A stretch of 64,000 nucleotides of DNA from the human T2T-CHM13v2.0 reference genome, Homo sapiens. The position numbers were made by a program, and so were the translations under genes. Under the pieces are notes generated by a model. The model saw only the letters and a list, made by a program, of their open reading frames with translations, had not been told where the DNA came from and searched no databases. This document shows positions 56,600 to 64,000 of the stretch, in pieces (position 1 is the first letter of the stretch; the number at the start of each line of letters is the position of its first letter). Location: NCBI RefSeq assembly GCF_009914755.1, contig NC_060929.1. The stretch is one strand, 5' to 3'.

Positions 56600-59499
56600 T
56601 GGAAAGTGAAAACATTCTATATTAGTGGAACTGGTAAAATAAAGTGCATTCTAAATATTTATAGTAGATATTTATTTAACATAAATGAAACTATCTGTCA
56701 GCAAAAACAAATTCAGATTCAGTGCCTCACTTAAAAATCACTGGCTAATAGATAAATTGACTAAACTATTCTCTGAGCACTGAAGAACTGGAATTAATCT
56801 ACTATTTCAACCATTCACCGTTCCATAAAGATGATTATAAATCCAATATTTAGAATGTCACTTTTTGAGAGATGTGCTTGAATATTCATTCATGGAATCT
56901 AGACAGTATATGTTAAAGTTAGTCAATCAGTCACATGAAAAAGAAGGAAACAAATGAGAAAGTAAGATTTCCTTTTTCACATAGGAGACACAATTTGAGT
57001 AGTCTTTAGTATGAGATCAGTATTTAGTATAAGATTAGTATTATATTAATCTTTAGTATAAGTTTTTTTAAAAGTCCTCAATGATATGTGATCAATGATA
57101 TGATGTATTTTATGTAATTAATTCTCATTTTCAACTAGTTTTGGTTGTTATGTGTAAGTAATAAAAGTTAAATAAATGCAGTGAAGTTTTATGGTAAAAA
57201 TATAAATAACATTTTTTCACTTTTTCATAAATGAACTGAAATAAAATGCTGTGTTCTACTCTTGAGTAAAAATAGAAAGCTATTTATCTTTGCTATTATT
57301 CTCAAAACAAAATCTGACTCCTGTTTAGATAACTTATTGATTCTATCAGGATTTCATTCTTTTTTTTTGGCTAAAAGATTACTCCCAAATCTCAAGAATG
57401 TAATAGCCTCCCTACACTTATGTGAGTTTATTATACTTACATAATATGAAATGGTTTCCCCTTGCTTTTAATGATTTTTCATATAGATTATAATTATGAA
57501 TGTTTATTGATGTTTATATTTTATTTTCTACAATACTTTATCTTTTAAATTAATTATATATACCACGTAAAGTTTATCTGAAAGAAATTGGTTTATTTTA
57601 ATGTTGTCTGAAAAAAAATTGTTCTTTTCAATAGCTCTTAAATCAGTAATTTATATTACTTCCAGCACATTTCATCCTAACACCACCTGGGAAGTAAAAT
57701 TTTCTGGAGGGTTGGCTTTCATTTCATTCTAAATGTCTGATTGATGAAATTAAGCATGTAAACATTTAAAAAGCTGAATTAAGGGTTCGTGAAAAAAATA
57801 ATTATTCTTTTACTGTGTCCCTTTAGATTTGTTGCAAGATGAAGCATAAAGTCTAAAATAAACATTTATAACTGCTGAATTTTTGGCTTAAAATACAACC
57901 ACATTGCAAGAATGATATATAGACATCTAAACTTAGAATTGGAAGAAACCTAAAAAGTTCATCTAGTTATGCAAATCAAAGTATTATATTTTACTTCCCA
58001 AAAAACTGACATTTATAATGGCTAAGTTTCCTGCCCAAGTTGACGCAGATAGATAATGACAATTTTACCAAGTGTTTTTTGATTGTAAGCCAACATAATT
58101 TCTCATAAAATATATCCATTAAACTTTATACAGATAACAGTTTTTTTTTACCACAGGCCAAATATGTTGATTTGCATGACAAAGACTATTTGAAAAATTG
58201 TGATGAATTCTTGGTTTTAGAATTCTTTGTTTGAAATAGAGAAAACAAATAAGATAAAGCATTCTATGTTTCAAAAGTATGTGAGTTAATGTTACAAATA
58301 AAAACAGATGCATTTCTTTGAAATATGGAATAACAAGTGATTAGACAACTTTGTGCTCAATAAGAATAAGATCAGTTTCAGATTCATTTTTCTATCTGTG
58401 AAATTTAAGACAATGATAGCACAATGTAAAGATCAATAGGGGTAGAATTTTATTAAATGGAAAACACTGTGAAACACTGGAGTGAAAATCTCTGCTTAGA
58501 TAATTGGGCAACAGTTATATTAAAAGAGTGGCAATGTTTTAATATTGAGAGCTTTTCCAATGAAGTAGAAGAAAAAAACGACAGTAGAAGATTGGATTAA
58601 TTTCAATTGTTCCTGAATGGTGAAGCATGCTCTAAGATATATAAACGAATGTATTCTGTTGATAATGAAAAAACAAATCTCTTTAGGAATTGCAAAGATC
58701 AAAGCCACTCAGAAAGATTTGAGAGATGTTAAAATAAAGCAATGATGTAGTCTAGTTTTCAAAAATTGAAGGTAAATTACAAATTAAAGGTCAAAGACTT
58801 TGGTAGAATTTTTCTTTAAAAAATTAGTGATATCAGTGTTAAAAGTGCAAATATCCTTTTATAATAAATATCTGAATTAATTTTCTCAACTTTCATTTTA
58901 CTTCCTCTTGTATATGGGAAAATATATAGCTAAAATGACATTTCTCTTATTCCTTTGAGCTACAATCATTGATGTCAATTAAATTCTAACAATTCAGTGC
59001 ACTCGTGAATTTGAGAGATAAAAGGAGGTAGGTGCCTGGTAGTATAACCTGCAGCATGGTTACAAAAATGTGACTATAAATATATTCCTAAATTTACCTG
59101 TGGCTATGTTACAATGTAATTAGGTCTTCAGCAAAATGAATTAACCCTACCTTTGGAGAAATATCATCAATAATCCTTGAGATAATTCTAATCTCTATAG
59201 CTACAATATGCTGCTATGGTACAGCAAATTGGGTAGTAGGTTTTTGTTTTGTTTCTGTTTTTGTTTTTGCATTAGTCTATTTCATGGAGAAACCAGTGAA
59301 TAGATATTCTGCGATTGTAGTTATTCCCCTATATCTTCAATCCACAGTCAGAATAGTCATAAGTTTTTAACTGGCAGAATCTATATTGGCCCCTTGCAAC
59401 ATCAGCTCATTGACATGGGAACATACACTTTCACAGTAGGAAAGACCTCATAGGGTCTTAATGAAAAAGCAAACATGAAAAAATATCCAGGTACAAAGT

Positions 59500-60000
59500 T
59501 GGTTTTCATTATATATGCTGCATAAAAAAATGATCACCAAGAATTAGTGACTTAAAACAATAGTTTTATTAGATCTCATAGTTTTATGAGTCAAGAATCA
59601 AGACTAAGCTTTGCAGGTTGATTCCTCTCCTTAATGTAGCATTGACTGTGGCTTATCAAGGTATTCATCAGATTGCTTGCCAAAGTTAGAGGGTCTCAGA
59701 TGTCTTTACTCATATACCTATGTGAGCATGGATGACTATTAAGTCTAGGCTCCTCTGGGCCTCTCTTCCACTTCCTGTAGTCCCAGAACCCCTCCACATG
59801 TCTCTACAAAAAGGTATTTGCATTTCTTACAGGAGGATTCAGGTTTCCTGGAGAACACATTGGCACCTACTCGTCCTTTAATAGAATATGCTCAGAACTG
59901 GCATTGTGTTACTTCAACCATATTGCACAAGTCAAAGCATCTACATGTCATACATCTATGAGACAAGTGTCAAAAACTGAGCCACTTTTAATCTGTTACA
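59500..60000 (-). mobile_element. Old MLT1 (G/H-like) MaLR LTR
   Basis: tgctgcataa...cacc...ttagtgacttaaaacaa...ctcatagttt...ctcagaactggca...cttcaaccatatt...gtcaaagca. Confidence 0.65.
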
Positions 60001-60305
60001 TCCATCCAATCTAAGATGATCTCAGTAATCAATGATCAAATCGGTTCTTTCACTTCCCAGGTTATAAAAGAGATGGCAATATCCAGAAAAGGGGTATCTG
60101 TAAAAAGCGTATCTTTTTATTGATGGCAAAAAAAGGTTGTTTGCTGCCTCCTTGCTTGGGGGTATTGATAAATTAACAGAGCATGAAGAAAACTTCCTGT
60201 AAAGTTTTCTTTAATTATTTTTTTCAGGAGAGGCTCACAAAAACATAAATATTTCTATTAAAGCACAACAGAACTTAGCCGTTTTATGACTGATGGTCAT
60301 TTCTC

Positions 60306-61278
60306 TTCAGGAGTTATGTGTGTGTATGAAGAATGAGACTGGTGTGGGGACAATGTTTGGAGAAACCTAAGGGAGAAGACTGTTGCAATACAATTTCTAG
60401 GTGAGGCCTGAAGAAAGAGAGTAGCAATGAGCACAGTCTGGTCCCTATTAAGTGTGGAGGATCAAAGGATAATTTTTGTTGTTGTTGTTTTTGTTTTTTG
60501 TTTGTTTGTTTGTTTCTGTAGCAATTGGCTGAAATTGAATGTTAAATGTTTAGTTTTGCTTGTTCATAGACTGTTTCCTGTCCTCCTTGGTACAGTAAGT
60601 TAATTCCATGAGGGATGAAATGTGATTTTTAAAATCTGGCTTCAATTTGCAACCCTTAACTTAGTGTGTATTTTTCCTTGAGATATTTAATTAATATGCT
60701 TTAATTAATATATATATATTTGTGTGTGTGTTTGTGTGTATATATTCTTAGATTAAATTAATATAGTACTGTAGAGATATGTGAAAGAGGGTAGCAATGG
60801 TCACACACATACGTGTGTGTTTGTGTATACATTCTTAGATTAAATTAATATAGTACTGTAGAGATTGTACATTCATATCTCTCTCAATTAACTTATATCA
60901 TGATTTTTATATGTAACTAATTACTGTTATTTTATTTTAAAGACAGCTTATTCAAGCACACTGATGAAATATCTCAAGGAAAAATACGCACTAAGTTAAG
61001 GGTTGCAAACTGAAGCCAGATTTTTAAAATCACATTTCATCCCTCATGGAATTAATTTACTGTACCAAGGAAGACAGGAAACAATGTATGAACACGCAAT
61101 GTTAAACATTTAACATTCAACTTCACGTGTGTGTGTGTGTGCGTGCGTGTGCACCCATTGCTACCCTCTTTCTTTATTTGCCACATAGAAATTCTATTCC
61201 AGTAGTCTTTTCCCTAAGGTTTCTTCAGACATTGTCCCACACCAGACTCATTCCTTATACACACACATAACTCTTGAA
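60306..61278. repeat. Nested inverted duplication A-B-centre-B'-A'
   Basis: A 60306-60435 pairs with A' 61149-61278; B 60530-60688 pairs with B' 60967-61125; direct repeat in the centre. Confidence 0.93.
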
Positions 61279-61831
61279 TTTAATATGTATATAATTTATA
61301 TGTATATGGATGGAATTTATTTTTTACGGCAATTTTACATCCACACAAATATGAGTAGAAAGGTAGAGAGATGTCTCATGTACTCCCTGACCCACATATG
61401 CACAGCTTCCTCCACTATCCAATTCCTGCACAAAAGTGATACATTTATTACAATCAATGAACCTATATTGCCACATCATTCTCACCAAAAGTCTGTAGTT
61501 TACATTGAGGTTTACTGTTGGTGTTGTACATTCAATGGGTTGGGACATATGTATAATGACGTGTATCTACCATTATATATTATGCAGATTATTTTCACTG
61601 CCTAAAATTTATCTGTGTTCCACCTGTTTATACCTTCTTCCCTCTCTCCCCTCTAACTCCTGGCAATAATTGAGCCTTTACTGTCTCCACAATTTTGCCT
61701 TTTCTAAAATATCTTATGATTGAACTAACATAGTTGTAGCCTTTGCAGATAGACTTTTGAAATTAAGCAGTATGCATTTAGGGATCCCCCATGTATTTTC
61801 ATGCCTAAATAGCTAACTTCCTTTTAATGTT

Positions 61832-62214
61832 TGCTATAGTTTGCATGTCTCCCCTTCAAAATTTACGTGTTGTTAATGTGATAATATTAAGATGTGGGTT
61901 TTAAGAGGTGATTAAACTCTGAGGACTCCTTCCTTATTGGTGGGATTAGGTCTTTATAAAAGAAGCTTCACTCAGGATATGGCTGGCTTGTCAGCTTTTT
62001 CCTTTGATCTTTTGTTATGTGAAGACACATCATTCAACCTCTCTTCTTCCTTCTGCCATGTGAATATTCAGCAAGAAGGCAGTCACCAGATACCAAATGC
62101 TGGCACTTTGATCTTGGACTTACAGCCTTTAGAACTGTGAGAAATAAATTTCTGTTCTTTATAAATTACCCAGTTTGTGGTATTGTATTAGAGTAGCAAA
62201 GATAGTCTAAGGCA
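61832..62214 (+). mobile_element. MST (MSTC/D-like) solo LTR
   Basis: tgctatagtttg...agaactgtgagaaataaatttctgttctttataaattacccag...ctaaggca; TSD atgtt/atgct. Confidence 0.8.
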
Positions 62215-62735
62215 ATGCTGAATAAAATTCCACTGTCTATACATATCACAGTTTATTTATCCTTTTACCTACTGCAGGACATCTGGTTGCTTCCAAGTTT
62301 TGGCAATTATGAATCAATCTTCTGTAAACAATTATGTGTAGGTTTTTGAATAGACATAAATTTCAACTCATTTGGGTAAATAAATACCAAAGAAACTAGT
62401 TGCTAGATTATATGTTTAATTTGTAAGAACCATCTCCCAAGCTGTCTTCCAAAGTGGCCGTATTACTTTGCATTCCCACCAGCAGTGAATGAGAGTTCCT
62501 GATGCTCCATTTCCTTCTCAGTGTTTGGTGTTGTCATTGTGGTGGATTTTGGCCTCTCTAATAGGTGTGTAGTGATATCCCATTGTTGCTATAGTTTGTA
62601 ATTCTCTAACAACACATTACGTTGAGCATTTTACCATTTGCTTACTGGCCATATTTATATCTTACTTAGTAAGGTATTTTTGCCCATTTTTCAGTCAGTG
62701 TTACTTTGTTATTGTTAAATTTTAAGTGGCTTTTA

Positions 62736-63059
<324 letters not shown>

Positions 63060-63061
63060 CA

Positions 63062-63368
<307 letters not shown>

Positions 63369-64000
63369 CTACATTTTCTCCATTGTTACTGATTGACTTA
63401 GCTCCTTTGTGAAAAATCAGTTGACTATGTTTATGTGAGACTGTATTTTGAATATTCACGAAATAATTGCTGGGATTTTGTTTGGAATTGCTTTGAAGGT
63501 ATAAATCCAGTTTGGAAGAGATGATATCTTGGCAATATTGAGTTTTTCTATCAATGAACATGGAATATATATTAATTTATTTAGTCCTTCTTGGATGTCT
63601 TTTATCAGAGCTTTATAGTTTTCCTCATATAGAATTTGTACATATTTTGTTAGACCTATACTTACATATTTTATTTTTGGGAGTGCTTCTTTAAATAGTA
63701 CCATGTTTTAAATTTCACATTCCACTTATTTATTTCTGGTGTAAAGAAATGCATTGGCTTTTTAATATTAACCCTGCATCCTACAACTTTCCTGTAATCC
63801 CTTACTAGTTCTAGGAAGTTTTGGATCAATCACTTTGCAGTTTCTAAATAGATGATCATCTTTTCCAGAAAAAAATATGTTCTTCCTTTCCAATCAGTAT
63901 ACCTTTTATTTCCTTTTATTGAATTATTACATTAGCTAGGACTATTACTACATTGTTAAAAAGGAGTGGGGAGGGGACATCCTTGCCTTGTTTTTTAGTG

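Overview
This is AT-rich primate (most likely human) non-coding DNA, either intergenic or deep intronic. I found no protein-coding exon, RNA gene or CRISPR array. Nearly all longer ORFs in the track are remnants of L1, MaLR (THE1/MST) or Alu, or are low-complexity artefacts. Roughly half of the window is interspersed repeat: eight Alu-family elements; four L1PA pieces and several old L1M pieces; a complete THE1A provirus with TSDs; a truncated MST/THE1 element; a HERV-H LTR7 solo LTR; a MER9 solo LTR; decayed ERVL pol; an ERV1 MER4-group LTR with internal region; MLT1/MST LTRs; and MER20, MER1 and MER44 DNA transposons. The most notable structures are local rearrangements that repeat annotation does not explain: (i) a ~1 kb nested inverted duplication at 60.3-61.3 kb; (ii) a TA-rich array at 44.4-45.5 kb containing direct and inverted copies of its own flank; (iii) a perfect 212-bp tandem duplication at 41.2-41.6 kb; (iv) older tandem duplications and several templated micro-insertions. 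The LTR7 carries the ACAAAAGA SOX2/3-type motif described for the stem-cell-active LTR7up subgroup. I do not see evidence for a novel gene system. Subfamily names come from recalled consensus sequences and need RepeatMasker/Dfam confirmation.
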